Shown here piece by piece: positions 47,601-56,760 of a stretch of DNA of 64,000 bases. Origin of the DNA: an uncultured archaeon. Lineage in GTDB: Archaea; Asgardarchaeota; Thorarchaeia; Thorarchaeales; Thorarchaeaceae. Positions within the stretch are counted from its first letter, which is position 1. Every line of letters starts with the position of its first letter. Below the pieces are notes generated by a model that was not told the DNA's origin, did not search any database, and was given only the letters and a program-made list of their open reading frames with translations. The position numbers and the translations under genes were made by a program. Where the stretch lies: the NCBI GenBank assembly GCA_964558645.1, contig CAZLEV010000013.1:1-64000 (forward strand), in the 5' to 3' direction.

Positions 47601-48116
47601 GATTGCTTCAGCCCTGCAGCTGTTGACACACGTCATGCACTGAATACAGTTCTCGATATCTATGGTCGCAACATTGGGTACTGCCTGTGGGAACGGAATG
47701 TACGACGCCTTGCGCATCTTCAGGCCCATGTCGTATTCATTTGGAACTTCAATGGGACAGACACGCTGGCAGTCACCACACCCAGTACACTTCTCCGGGT
47801 CAACTCGGCGGGTATGCTTCAATACGTTCACTGTGAAGTCACCCTGAACACCGGCGACTTCAATCACCTCAGAATAGGACAATATCTCGATGTTGGGATG
47901 ACGGCTTGCATCAACCATCCATGGTCCCATGATACACATGGAACAGTCCAACGTTGGAAAGGTCTTGTCTAGTTGAGCCATATGGCCTCCTATGGACGGT
48001 TCACGCTCCACCAAGAATACTTTGACACCCATATCTGCAAGGTCTAGGGATGCGCGGATGCCTGCGATTCCTGCACCGATGATTACGATTGGCTTTCCTG
48101 CCATTACCGTGTTCAC
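44664..48116 (-). CDS. hdrA: Large HdrA-like flavoprotein (two FAD modules) fused to C-terminal MvhD [2Fe-2S] domain
   Basis: IIGAGIAG, KTFPTLDCSMC, QPKDIPD, VGVFVCSCG, SCTPRTHE, second VIGAGVAG, CVGCGTC, MvhD motifs CNWCSY, RVMCTGRV, GCHFGDCHY. Confidence 0.93.
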   Translation of the reverse strand: MNTVMAGKPIVIIGAGIAGIRASLDLADMGVKVFLVEREPSIGGHMAQLDKTFPTLDCSMCIMGPWMVDASRHPNIEILSYSEVIEVAGVQGDFTVNVLKHTRRVDPEKCTGCGDCQRVCPIEVPNEYDMGLKMRKASYIPFPQAVPNVATIDIENCIQCMTCVNSCRAEAIDFSIPDETIEINAGAIILATGYHLLDPSEVKEYGYGRYPNVVTALEYERMVSASGPTEGVVMRPSDGLEPHRIAFIQCVGSRDVNHCAYCSKICCTYATKEAIITKEHTPEVHIDLLYNDMRAFGKGFEEFLVRGENEYGINYVKGLPSEIIEDPKTRGLIVRHSDAKGHEVLDDHYDLVVLCPAMVPNENAELYETLGIDVDQYGFVHGPDGHIESVMTTVPGIYMCGSVNQPKDIPDSVAQGSAAAALAIQDTGLPERRETEELTEADLDMMTADPRVGVFVCSCGINIAGTVDVDEVRNYADSLPGVVYTENLLYSCSSDAQVVIKDAIKEHNLNRVVVASCTPRTHEPLFRSTIEEAGLNKYLFEMANIREHCSWIHQGAKDEATSKAMDLVRMAVAKSRLLEPQEEAVTDIEPSALVIGAGVAGMSAAKAIAEKGFKVYLIEKKDRVGGYLNSLATVNFDFRSTSDVVEELRNEISNIENIDLMLESEVVDAKGSIGDFEVVIKTGKKKTDLKVGVVIVATGAQSLEEEGLYGFKKIPEVITEEEFNRRINEDGLPVDGTYAVIHCAGSREDESLEGARTWCSGICCTVALEHTLELLEKRPESRVFHLYRDLRVHYAAEDKYRDARKRGVVFIRFDKDSPPEVKKGHSTAVRVEVLDQILGAKLNLDVDYAILATAMVPCETNKDLGEIFKIPTNMSGFFMEAHPKLRPVDFQTDGVYVAGTATAPKPIDEAIAQGRGAAARALIPLVSGIRKAEAIVSVVDPEVCVGCGTCEINCSYNAIEVIPGDGGHDYAMSNPVLCQGCGKCAAGCPAGAITMKHFTDDQILAQIRAALSDMPANQPRILTIVCNWCSYAGADSAGVSRFQQPPTVRDIRVMCTGRVSVTHILEAFRQGADMVWISGCHFGDCHYVDGNVAFERRYAIAKKIVEKAGLEPERLQFTQISASEGPIWAEKVKELSELVEKLGPSPLRKR

Positions 48117-48516
48117 TCCGTTGGCGTCATCGCGTTGGTCTGAAACCGATGATAAAAGCTTAGTTGTGTGACGTTAACGAGCCGGCAACGTACTACGAGC
48201 CGATTGGCGCGAAATGCATCCTTGATGTCTCACCAGTGTCCATTCACCGATGAGCATTAATATTACGGGGGCAATACATGGATGGGACGCAGATGAAGGC
48301 TACAAGATTGTACACCCGTGCATATATTTCTAGAAATCACTCATATTCTAAGAACGATGTTGATACATACGAAGAGCTGGCCAACATGGAGATCGTGGTC
48401 CCTCCACCCAAGCAACCCACGTGAGAGTACAGTTCTTCTATCTTCTATCTGGTTGCATCGAGCGTCTGAGCACTGCCAAGTGTTCGTTTGAACTGCACTT
48501 GGTTGTACATTAGATT

Positions 48517-49233
48517 TCAGATCTTTTCGAGGCGTGCCCTTACTACACTACCACAATAGTTGCACTTCGCCTCAAGTGGTCCGGTCCAGTCGATGTCCTC
48601 CTGCGAAAGCGATGCACCACACGAGGGGCACTTGGCCGGGAGACGAACTGTTCGAATGTCAGCAGTCTCGGGCTTCTGACGATAGCTCTTGGGAATTACA
48701 AACGCAGGAGCCTCAACTTGCATGCCTTGATCAACAGAACGACGACCCCTGGATTTCACCCCGTATACAATAGCGACCAACAAGCCAACAAGAAGCACGG
48801 GAGCGATGATCAACCAGACACCATAAGTAGCATACAGAGCACTGAAATCATCGTAGACACCAATATCGAAATAGCCAGCCTTACCGGCTTCCTCATCGAC
48901 CAAGATGTTGACAACCGTATCTTCTTCAAGTGTGAACTGTAGAGAAGCAGTTGTCTTGCTGGGACCTTCAGTTTCTGCAAGCACCACCGCAGTGTTTGCA
49001 TCTGATACGGTGATGTCGAAAGTCATTCCCCAGAAAGCGACACTCTTGACAACCACAGTCCAACTCCCTGCAGTGAGATTTGCAAAATAGTATCCTCTTT
49101 CGTTCCCCCATAGATGTTCAAGGCTTCGGGTTTCGTTCGGATCAAGTCTGGCTCCAAATTGAGCCCTTGCACGCGGAACAGAAATCAATACCAAGAGAAA
49201 GATAAGACTCACCAAGATATGGCAACGGCGCAT
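48517..49233 (-). CDS. Single-pass membrane protein: signal peptide, extracellular beta domain, TM, cytoplasmic Zn ribbon
   Basis: N-terminal signal, central TM, CPSCG...CNYCG. Confidence 0.7.
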   Translation of the reverse strand: MRRCHILVSLIFLLVLISVPRARAQFGARLDPNETRSLEHLWGNERGYYFANLTAGSWTVVVKSVAFWGMTFDITVSDANTAVVLAETEGPSKTTASLQFTLEEDTVVNILVDEEAGKAGYFDIGVYDDFSALYATYGVWLIIAPVLLVGLLVAIVYGVKSRGRRSVDQGMQVEAPAFVIPKSYRQKPETADIRTVRLPAKCPSCGASLSQEDIDWTGPLEAKCNYCGSVVRARLEKI

Positions 49234-49346
49234 TCAATCTAACCTCGCTACAGGCTGAGTTACGACGCGCCTTAAACTTCTTTCCAAAAGAACGCCTGAG
49301 TGAAGCCAAGATCTATCGTGGGATGGCTAGCGAGGAAATAGGTCTT

Positions 49347-50264
49347 CTAGGCCTTGAGCCCAAGGACTTCCCAGTTGGGTTGACTCTTTCTCTGCATGTA
49401 TTGAAGGTGCGTATCCAGACCGAACTCATCAGGATCATGGCCGAATGCAAGTGCAAGCAACTCGGTGACATGAAGTACGTCGAAGACATACTCGGCATCG
49501 AAGTGTTTCTGTATCTCCACCTGTCCAAGATCAAGCTGTAACTCACAGAACGGGCAGGGTGTCACAATCATATCGGCCCCTCCTGCCTCGATAATGCTGT
49601 CAAACTTCTGCTTGGTGAAGTCCAAAGCCACAGCAATATCTGCTGTCCGAACTGCCCCTCCGGCACCGCAACACATCAGTTCGTCCTTGTAGGGAACATA
49701 TTCTGCACCGGTGGTTTCGCAGAGCTCCCGGAAAATGTGGGGACGTTCAGAGTCGTCCTTCTGTTTCAGCAGCTTTGGCCGCATCCAATGGCACCCCGGG
49801 TGCAAAGCCATTCTCACGCCCGTCATAGGTCGTTCGACATGTTTGCGGATCTTTTCAAGCCCTGCGGTGTCATAGAGCGCATCCACATAGTGAGTGACTT
49901 CGATAGAACCCTTGAACTCACGACCGATTTCTCTCAGGCCTGCATTCACAGCCTCACGCAGTTTTTCATCGTGCTTCAATTCGTGATTGGCATCCCAGAG
50001 GCTTGCAAAACAACCGTTACATCCAGTTGTAATCGGGTCACCTGTTTCCTCTGCAATAGTGAGATTTCGTGCAGCAATGGTTGCCCAAGTTATCCGATCA
50101 AAAGATCCGAATACGCCGGGTGCCGGGCAACAAGTCGCACCTTCCATGTCCAGAAGGTCCATATCAAGGTCTTCGAAGACCAGTCTGGTTGCCTTCTCAA
50201 TGCTGGGGTATCTGTGCGGAATGATGCATCCTAGGAAATGATAGAAAGCAGGTCTCTTGGGCAA
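49347..50264 (-). CDS. hdrB: Heterodisulfide reductase subunit B
   Basis: FLGCIIP.RYP, CCPAPG, GCNGC, HPGCH, CCGAGG, PCPFC. Confidence 0.93.
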   Translation of the reverse strand: MPKRPAFYHFLGCIIPHRYPSIEKATRLVFEDLDMDLLDMEGATCCPAPGVFGSFDRITWATIAARNLTIAEETGDPITTGCNGCFASLWDANHELKHDEKLREAVNAGLREIGREFKGSIEVTHYVDALYDTAGLEKIRKHVERPMTGVRMALHPGCHWMRPKLLKQKDDSERPHIFRELCETTGAEYVPYKDELMCCGAGGAVRTADIAVALDFTKQKFDSIIEAGGADMIVTPCPFCELQLDLGQVEIQKHFDAEYVFDVLHVTELLALAFGHDPDEFGLDTHLQYMQRKSQPNWEVLGLKA

Positions 50265-50270
50265 ATCAAA

Positions 50271-50846
50271 TCACTCCTCATCCTTCTCTTTTTCTTCAAC
50301 GAGTTTGTCGAAATGGGTCTTCTTCGCAATCTTGACAACATCCGCGATGGCCTCGGGAAATCTACTGGCATTGGGGGGTATGGGTTCGAGTCCCACCTTC
50401 TCTCGTAGTTTCTGCCAAGACTCCTTGTCAAGAGGGACTGCATGTCCAGCCTCAAGTACCTTCTGAGCAACTTTCTGATGAGGCTCCAGCATATAGCCCT
50501 CCTGAACAGCAATGTTGCGGATTGCCTTGATGACATCTGTAGGCTTGACATCCTGAGGGCACCGGTCTGTACAGGTGTAGCAGGTGGTGCAATACCATAG
50601 CTCCGGAGCAGAGATACAGTCCTCCTTCAGGCCAAGTAAGGCCTTCCGGATGATGCCTCTCACAAGGTAATTGGTTCTAGCACCAGCAGGACAGCTGCCG
50701 CTGCAGGTCCCACATTGATAGCAACTCTGGATGTTGGGCCCGCCGGTCCTTTTGATCATCTCGACGAACTCAGTGTCGGGCTCATCAAGAACAATGGGGG
50801 CCTTTTCCTCAGCACTGGTCAAGTTTGTCCACCGACTTCTCGTCAT
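50271..50846 (-). CDS. hdrC: Heterodisulfide reductase subunit C
   Basis: CYQCGTCSGSCP, WYCTTCYTCTDRCP, GHAVP. Confidence 0.93.
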   Translation of the reverse strand: MTRSRWTNLTSAEEKAPIVLDEPDTEFVEMIKRTGGPNIQSCYQCGTCSGSCPAGARTNYLVRGIIRKALLGLKEDCISAPELWYCTTCYTCTDRCPQDVKPTDVIKAIRNIAVQEGYMLEPHQKVAQKVLEAGHAVPLDKESWQKLREKVGLEPIPPNASRFPEAIADVVKIAKKTHFDKLVEEKEKDEE

Positions 50847-50949
50847 AGCGTTGAATGCGGCCTTAAATCCATTTGTCTAAGGCAGTATCGAGTGAGGCCC
50901 TTCATGACCGAGAAGATGCCAGAGGATTCCAAAGATTCATCCGAGTAAG

Positions 50950-52047
50950 ATGGATATCTTCGTCTTGATGAACTGCCCGAATCACTCCGAAGAAAGGCAT
51001 GTTGCCTCCAGGACCGTGGGCTATTGCGGAGAATGCCTCATCGAAAATCCCGCACGGCTGCAAATAGCCTTGCTATCGCATGAAGCTCAAAGAAAGAAGA
51101 TGGGGCTTGTGTCAGTAGTCCCGTCAGACGGGAATACTGTATGTACGGAATGCGGAAACCACTGCAGACTCAGGGATGGCGAGACCGGGTTCTGTGGACT
51201 ACGTACTGCGAGAGAGGAATCCATCGTCGAGATATATCAGGACTCAGCAATCGTATCTTGGTATCGTGATCCGCTCCCAACGAACTGTGTCGCAGACTGG
51301 GTCTGTCCTGTCAGAGAACAGCATTGTGCGCCCAACGGAAAGAGAAGACATAATCTCGCAGTGTTCTATGGCTCCTGCAACTCCGACTGCCTGTTCTGTC
51401 AGAACTCGAGCTACAGAGACATGATGCGAGATGGGCATCCGCTGATGACTCCTGAGCAGTTGGCCTCCATGGTGAACGAAACTACAGCATGTATCTGCTA
51501 TTTCGGAGGGGACCCGTCCTGCAATGCTGAACACTCGATCAAGGCATCACGTATAGCCAATGAAGACAGAAGAGTTGCCATCTGCTATGAAACAAACGGA
51601 AATATCTCTCGAAAATGGCTTCACCCCATTGCAGATACCGTGGAGAACTATGGGGGCACTATCAAGTTTGACTTGAAGGCTGTTACTGAGGAGGTATACA
51701 CCGCTCTGACGGGCATCTCAAATACCACTACTCTTCGAAACTTCAGGATCTTGGCTGAAAGAGGACTGAATCGCGATGGTGAGAGTCTAGTTGCCAGCAT
51801 CCTATTGATACCTGGCTACGTGGGAACTAGAGAACTGAAGAAGATCTGTGAATTCATAGTTAGTTGTGACGATGCCATCCCCACTGCGCTCTTAGGATTC
51901 CAGCCCCACCACTGGATGAGAGACCTGCCAAGAACCAGTCAAGAGCATGCCGAGCAAGCCAAGAGTATTGCAGAAGAGGTGGGACTGAAGAATGTGCGAA
52001 TAGGCAATCGCGGACTGCTCTCAGCTGCAGATTATCTTACAGATTGA
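50950..52047 (+). CDS. Radical SAM protein (PflA/AmmeMemoRadiSam-like with Cys-rich N-terminus)
   Basis: CNSDCLFCQN, FGGDP, ETNG, FDLKA; N-terminal CTECGNHC..GFCG. Confidence 0.88.
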   Translation: MDIFVLMNCPNHSEERHVASRTVGYCGECLIENPARLQIALLSHEAQRKKMGLVSVVPSDGNTVCTECGNHCRLRDGETGFCGLRTAREESIVEIYQDSAIVSWYRDPLPTNCVADWVCPVREQHCAPNGKRRHNLAVFYGSCNSDCLFCQNSSYRDMMRDGHPLMTPEQLASMVNETTACICYFGGDPSCNAEHSIKASRIANEDRRVAICYETNGNISRKWLHPIADTVENYGGTIKFDLKAVTEEVYTALTGISNTTTLRNFRILAERGLNRDGESLVASILLIPGYVGTRELKKICEFIVSCDDAIPTALLGFQPHHWMRDLPRTSQEHAEQAKSIAEEVGLKNVRIGNRGLLSAADYLTD

Positions 52048-52136
52048 AAACAGAAGCACGCCGCCAGTGACTGAATCCTTATATCCTTCGAATCCTGCCA
52101 GCTGTCGTTATACAGCCGTAGCTTTGAGGACTCCCC

Positions 52137-52688
52137 ATGAATGACTCCATCTCAAGAGAAACGATAGAGAACGATTCCATTGACCCAGACTTCGTCGAAA
52201 AGATTGTTCAAGCAGGAGCGGACCGCATCAGAACGTGTATTCAGTGTGGAACATGCTCAAGTGTATGTCCGAGTGGTCGACGGACTGCATTCAGAACCAG
52301 AGAGCTCATGAGAAAGGCACTGCTGGGGTTGAAAGAAGAGGTGTTGAGCTCTCCAGACTTGTGGTTATGCGCGACGTGTCTCACCTGTCTTGAACGATGC
52401 CCAAGGCAGATCAAGGTGACCGATGCGATTGTCATCATGAGGAACATGGCTGTTGAGGAGGGTTTCATGCTTCCTCAACATAGAAAGGTGTCAAAGAAGC
52501 TGCTCCAGACAGGCCATGCTGTGCCTTTAGATGAGGCAAACCAAGAGATGCGAAAGGAATTGGAAATCCCAGAAATACCACCCACGGTTCATGCTCATGA
52601 GGATGCGCTGGAAGATGTCAAGGAGATCATGAAGAGAACTGGCTTTGATAAGCTCATTCAAGAGAAAGAGGGAGGAGAGAAAGAATGA
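52137..52688 (+). CDS. hdrC: Heterodisulfide reductase subunit C
   Basis: CIQCGTCSSVCPSG, WLCATCLTCLERCPR, TGHAVP. Confidence 0.93.
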   Translation: MNDSISRETIENDSIDPDFVEKIVQAGADRIRTCIQCGTCSSVCPSGRRTAFRTRELMRKALLGLKEEVLSSPDLWLCATCLTCLERCPRQIKVTDAIVIMRNMAVEEGFMLPQHRKVSKKLLQTGHAVPLDEANQEMRKELEIPEIPPTVHAHEDALEDVKEIMKRTGFDKLIQEKEGGEKE

Positions 52689-53581
52689 CTGAAACAAGGA
52701 AGTATTCGTTCTTCTTGGGATGCGTGATGCCGAACCGATTCCCGAATGTAGAAAAGAGTATCAGAGAGGTATTGCCGAGAATTGGTATCGAGCTAGAGGA
52801 ACTTGAGGGTGCCAGCTGCTGTCCTGCTCCAGGAGTCATACGTTCATTTGATGAGCCAACTTGGTTGGCACTGGCTTCCCGAAACCTTGCACTTGCTGAG
52901 AAAGCAGGCAACGATCTGATAACCGGATGTAATGGTTGCTACGGTACTTTCAAGGAGACCTTGGCCGAACTCAGAGAAGATCCCGAACGGCTGAAAGAAG
53001 TGAAGGGGTATTTCCATGGACTAGGAATCCCATTCAAGGCCGAAGTAGATGCGAAGCACATCATCGAGGTCATCCATGAGATTGGACTTGAAGAAATCAA
53101 GGAACATATTGTACGCCCATTGGAGGGACTCAAAGTAGCAGTTCACTATGGATGTCATCTTCTGAAACCTAGTAATAACAGACCATGGGAGAAGACACAG
53201 CGACACACGTTTCTGGATGAACTTGTCGATGTCACGGGGGCAAAGAGTATTCCGTATAAAGACAAGTTCATGTGTTGTGGTGCAGGTGGAGGCGTACGAG
53301 GAAGCAATGTCCCAGTCAGTGTAGACATTGCCAAGGAGAAGCTTGACAATATGATAGAGGCAGGGGTCGATGCAATAGTCAATGTCTGCTCTTTCTGTCA
53401 TCTGCAGTTTGAGGTTTCACAGGCACAACTGAACAAGGAGCTTGGAGAACAGAGATACAAGATACCAGTGTTTTATTACACGCAGCTGTTGGGTCTGGCA
53501 ATGGGTATGGATCCACAGTCACTGGGACTTCACAAGCATGTTGTCAGCACGGAGAGCCTTCTTGATCGGCTTCTGACCTAG
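52685..53581 (+). CDS. hdrB: Heterodisulfide reductase subunit B
   Basis: FLGCVMPNRFP, CCPAPG, CNGC, HYGCH, CCGAGGG, CSFCH. Confidence 0.93.
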   Translation: MTETRKYSFFLGCVMPNRFPNVEKSIREVLPRIGIELEELEGASCCPAPGVIRSFDEPTWLALASRNLALAEKAGNDLITGCNGCYGTFKETLAELREDPERLKEVKGYFHGLGIPFKAEVDAKHIIEVIHEIGLEEIKEHIVRPLEGLKVAVHYGCHLLKPSNNRPWEKTQRHTFLDELVDVTGAKSIPYKDKFMCCGAGGGVRGSNVPVSVDIAKEKLDNMIEAGVDAIVNVCSFCHLQFEVSQAQLNKELGEQRYKIPVFYYTQLLGLAMGMDPQSLGLHKHVVSTESLLDRLLT

Positions 53582-53582
53582 T

Positions 53583-54500
53583 TCAGAGCCACCTCTTAGC
53601 AGCAAAGTAGACGATTAGTGCCATGATGGCACTTGTAGCAACCATCGCAGCCAAGAAAGCAGCTGTTGTGTCTAGGGGAGGAACCACTGTTGTTGATGTG
53701 ATTGTAGTTGTTGTGGTTGTTGTAGTAAGCGTTGGGATAATACTCCCCGCTGTGAACGTACCATCCATCACTGCAGAAGTCGTATAGATGCCATCGGTTG
53801 CCCGTACTTCGACCGAATAGTTTCCATGACGGGTGAAGCCGGTGCTATTCCATTCGAACCAAGTACGGTTGAGACCTGAGGCGAGGAGTTGGAAAGTGGT
53901 GCCACCATCTTGAGAAATCAAAACCTCATACCTCAGGACTTCATCGGTGTTGTTGTCATAGCCGAACCAAGTGATGTTATTGATTCCGGTCCATATGTCA
54001 CCCGGTTCTGGAGACAATATCTCGACATGGGGGGCAAAGAAGTTGCCCAAAAAGACATTCGGCACCAATTCTGTGATGACAGTGCCATTAGTGAGGAGTG
54101 CTGACGCATTTACAAGGCAGGTGAAGTTGTTGCCGAGAGCCCGAGTATTGATGGACACAATATGAGAGGTAGTCCGATTTGAGATCACCTGTGGAACGAC
54201 CGTGGCATTGACCTCAATTATCGATTCATTGACCTGGTCTGGATGGCTCCACTCGACCAAGATGATGATGTTGTCTCCTGCTATATGACTTCCGCTCTTA
54301 AGAGGCGTTGGCGTTGTGTTCCAGCGCGAGTAGTAAAAGACCTGTGCGGTGGGAGTTTCCGCACTCAGGCTATATGAAGCTGATTCATCAAAGGCAGTCA
54401 AGATTGAGGATGGCATGTCTTCTAGAATTGCCCCTTTAGCGGAGAAGAGCAGGACAATGAAGACAAGGAGGTAGATAGCATCTCTCTGGCTCATCATGGC
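53583..54500 (-). CDS. Cell-surface protein with Ig-like domain, Thr-rich linker and C-terminal membrane anchor
   Basis: Signal peptide, many N-x-S/T sequons, poly-Thr, C-terminal TM + KRWL; start approximate (MMSQRD region). Confidence 0.7.
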   Translation of the reverse strand, partial: AMMSQRDAIYLLVFIVLLFSAKGAILEDMPSSILTAFDESASYSLSAETPTAQVFYYSRWNTTPTPLKSGSHIAGDNIIILVEWSHPDQVNESIIEVNATVVPQVISNRTTSHIVSINTRALGNNFTCLVNASALLTNGTVITELVPNVFLGNFFAPHVEILSPEPGDIWTGINNITWFGYDNNTDEVLRYEVLISQDGGTTFQLLASGLNRTWFEWNSTGFTRHGNYSVEVRATDGIYTTSAVMDGTFTAGSIIPTLTTTTTTTTITSTTVVPPLDTTAAFLAAMVATSAIMALIVYFAAKRWL

Positions 54501-54577
54501 ATCCCTCATGTTATTAGCACGGTATCTTTCAGACAGCTGTATCTTGTCAGGTGTATACATAGTTCTAATCTTAGAAC

Positions 54578-55054
54578 CTACTCCTCTTCCTCTGGAAATG
54601 GCTGTTCCCTCCATATTCTGAAAGCTTCATACCATAATACAACACAGACTGAAGAAAGCAGCAACAGCAAGGCCAATGAGAACCAGTCGGAAAGGGCTCC
54701 CAGTAGAATCATTGTCGTAGATAGTGCAGCGAGAATGGAACTATAGAATGTTGCATAGAACAGGAACCGTGGCACCATGAGCCGTCCCTTTCCAATAAAC
54801 AGGTTCAACACACCAACGCGAACATCACGTCGGATGCTGTACTGACCATGAACATTCTTGTCTACCAAACCACAGCCCTTGAGCTTCTCCAGATGGTGCA
54901 TGGACAATGACGGGCTGGACAGACGTGCGCCGCGCTGTATCTCTCTGGCGGTCATAGGTGCGGTATGACGTAACATATACCAGTACACACGAAGGGTCTT
55001 GCCCTTAAGAGACTTGGAAAGTTCTTCTTCCGAGAGCTCGGCTTTCTTGGGCAA
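54578..55054 (-). CDS. Membrane-anchored winged-HTH transcriptional regulator
   Basis: LKGKTLRVYWYM...REIQR...SSPSLSMHHLEKL..GLV + two C-terminal TMs. Confidence 0.75.
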   Translation of the reverse strand: MPKKAELSEEELSKSLKGKTLRVYWYMLRHTAPMTAREIQRGARLSSPSLSMHHLEKLKGCGLVDKNVHGQYSIRRDVRVGVLNLFIGKGRLMVPRFLFYATFYSSILAALSTTMILLGALSDWFSLALLLLLSSVCVVLWYEAFRIWREQPFPEEEE

Positions 55055-55264
55055 GACTTACCTCTCCAGTTTCGTCAGCCCTGTTCTGAACTCGGTTGCT
55101 CTTAAGCTTTGGTCGTTGCATAGATTTCGGAGGTCCCTTAAAGTAACGCCTAAATAGCTGAGAATTCAGCCCACTCGTGTGTAGACCGGCAGTATTGTTG
55201 GTTGCTTCACAGAACAACTCCTATGCGGTACAAGGTGACCGCAGTGGCCACGGAGTAACATCAT

Positions 55265-55618
55265 ATGTCAAGTGCTCGCAAGCCGATAACACCGAAACCA
55301 CCGAGAAGACGAGAGAAGGTTCTCGTTATTCTTCAAGAACAATGCAAAGAGTGTGGACTCTGTGTGGAGTTCTGCCCAAAGAATGTCCTTTGCTTTGACA
55401 TGGAGAAGTACAATCGCAAGGGGTACCATCCCGTTACAGCATGTGATATCGAGGCATGCGTGAACTGCGAGTTCTGTGAGAGAATCTGTCCGGATATGGC
55501 CATCTTCCTATCTGATAGCAATGAGGCACGTGAGGCATACGAAGAAGGGAAGCTGGAAGAAAATACTCTCATCCCGGAATTTGAGAAGGATGAAGAGGAA
55601 GGGTCTAAGGAGGAATGA
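55265..55618 (+). CDS. korD: 2-oxoacid:ferredoxin oxidoreductase delta (2x[4Fe-4S]) subunit
   Basis: [28 protein letters not shown]; first gene of the operon. Confidence 0.85.
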   Translation: MSSARKPITPKPPRRREKVLVILQEQCKECGLCVEFCPKNVLCFDMEKYNRKGYHPVTACDIEACVNCEFCERICPDMAIFLSDSNEAREAYEEGKLEENTLIPEFEKDEEEGSKEE

Positions 55619-56760
55619 GGCCAGTGCCCGAGAGAGTTATGTTCACAATGGGAGATATTGCTGCAGCTGAAGGTGCGCTCAGTGCTGGATGTAGGTATTT
55701 TGGTGGATATCCAATCACTCCTGCTACTGAGATTGCAGAGTGGATGTCACGTCGTATGCCGGAGCTTGGGGGGGCATATGTTCAGTATGAGGATGAGATT
55801 GCATCAATCACCAGTGTGATTGGTGCGTCATGGACAGGGACGAAATCTATGACGGCAACATCCGGACCGGGAGTCAGCCTCATGTTGGAAGCCATCGGTC
55901 TGGCGGTCATGACAGAAACGCCGCTCGTTCTTATCAATATCATGCGTGGAGGACCGAGTACAGGACAACCCACAAGGGGTCAGCAGGGAGATATCATGCA
56001 GGCAAAGTGGGGAAGTCATGGAGACTATCAGATAATCGGACTCACCCCCGCCTCAGTCCAAGAGATGTTTGATCAGACTGTTCAGGCATTCAATCTTGCC
56101 GAGAAGTATAGAACACCCGTCTTTGTTCTTGCAGATGAAACCGTGGGACACATGCGTGAGAAACTAGTCATTCCTGACCAGAAGGACATCAAGATAGTCA
56201 ACAGGAAACAGCCAACAGGAAATCCGAGCGAGTACCTCCCATTTAAGGCGGATGATGACCTCGTTCCACCAATGGCGTTACTAGGTTCCAAGTATCAGTT
56301 CTACGCCACAGGACTCACTCACGATGAGCGCGGTTATCCAAGTGACAAGGAAGACATACAAATCGATCTAATTACTAGACTGAATGATAAGATTCTCAAG
56401 AATGCTGACGACATCATTGATCTTGAGAGGTATCAGCTTGATGATGCAGAGATTGCAGTCATAGCCTATGGCACACCATCACGGAGTGCTAGAAGAGCTA
56501 TTGCCATGGCACGAGAAGAGGGTATCAAGGCCGGGCTGCTCAGACTCAAGACAGTCTGGCCATTTCCGGAGGAGGCAGTGGCACGGCTTGGCACTGAAGT
56601 CGAACACATTATTGTGGCCGAACAGAACATGGGCCAGATATACCACATGGTGAGAGCAGCTGCAGCACCGACGCCCATCACGCTCATGAGAAAACCCGCG
56701 GGGATGCCTCAGTTGCCAGAAGAGATAACTCAGAAAATCAAGGAGATTGATTCCCAATGA
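55615..56760 (+). CDS. korA: 2-oxoacid (2-oxoglutarate-type):ferredoxin oxidoreductase alpha
   Basis: [28 protein letters not shown]. Confidence 0.88.
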   Translation: MRPVPERVMFTMGDIAAAEGALSAGCRYFGGYPITPATEIAEWMSRRMPELGGAYVQYEDEIASITSVIGASWTGTKSMTATSGPGVSLMLEAIGLAVMTETPLVLINIMRGGPSTGQPTRGQQGDIMQAKWGSHGDYQIIGLTPASVQEMFDQTVQAFNLAEKYRTPVFVLADETVGHMREKLVIPDQKDIKIVNRKQPTGNPSEYLPFKADDDLVPPMALLGSKYQFYATGLTHDERGYPSDKEDIQIDLITRLNDKILKNADDIIDLERYQLDDAEIAVIAYGTPSRSARRAIAMAREEGIKAGLLRLKTVWPFPEEAVARLGTEVEHIIVAEQNMGQIYHMVRAAAAPTPITLMRKPAGMPQLPEEITQKIKEIDSQ

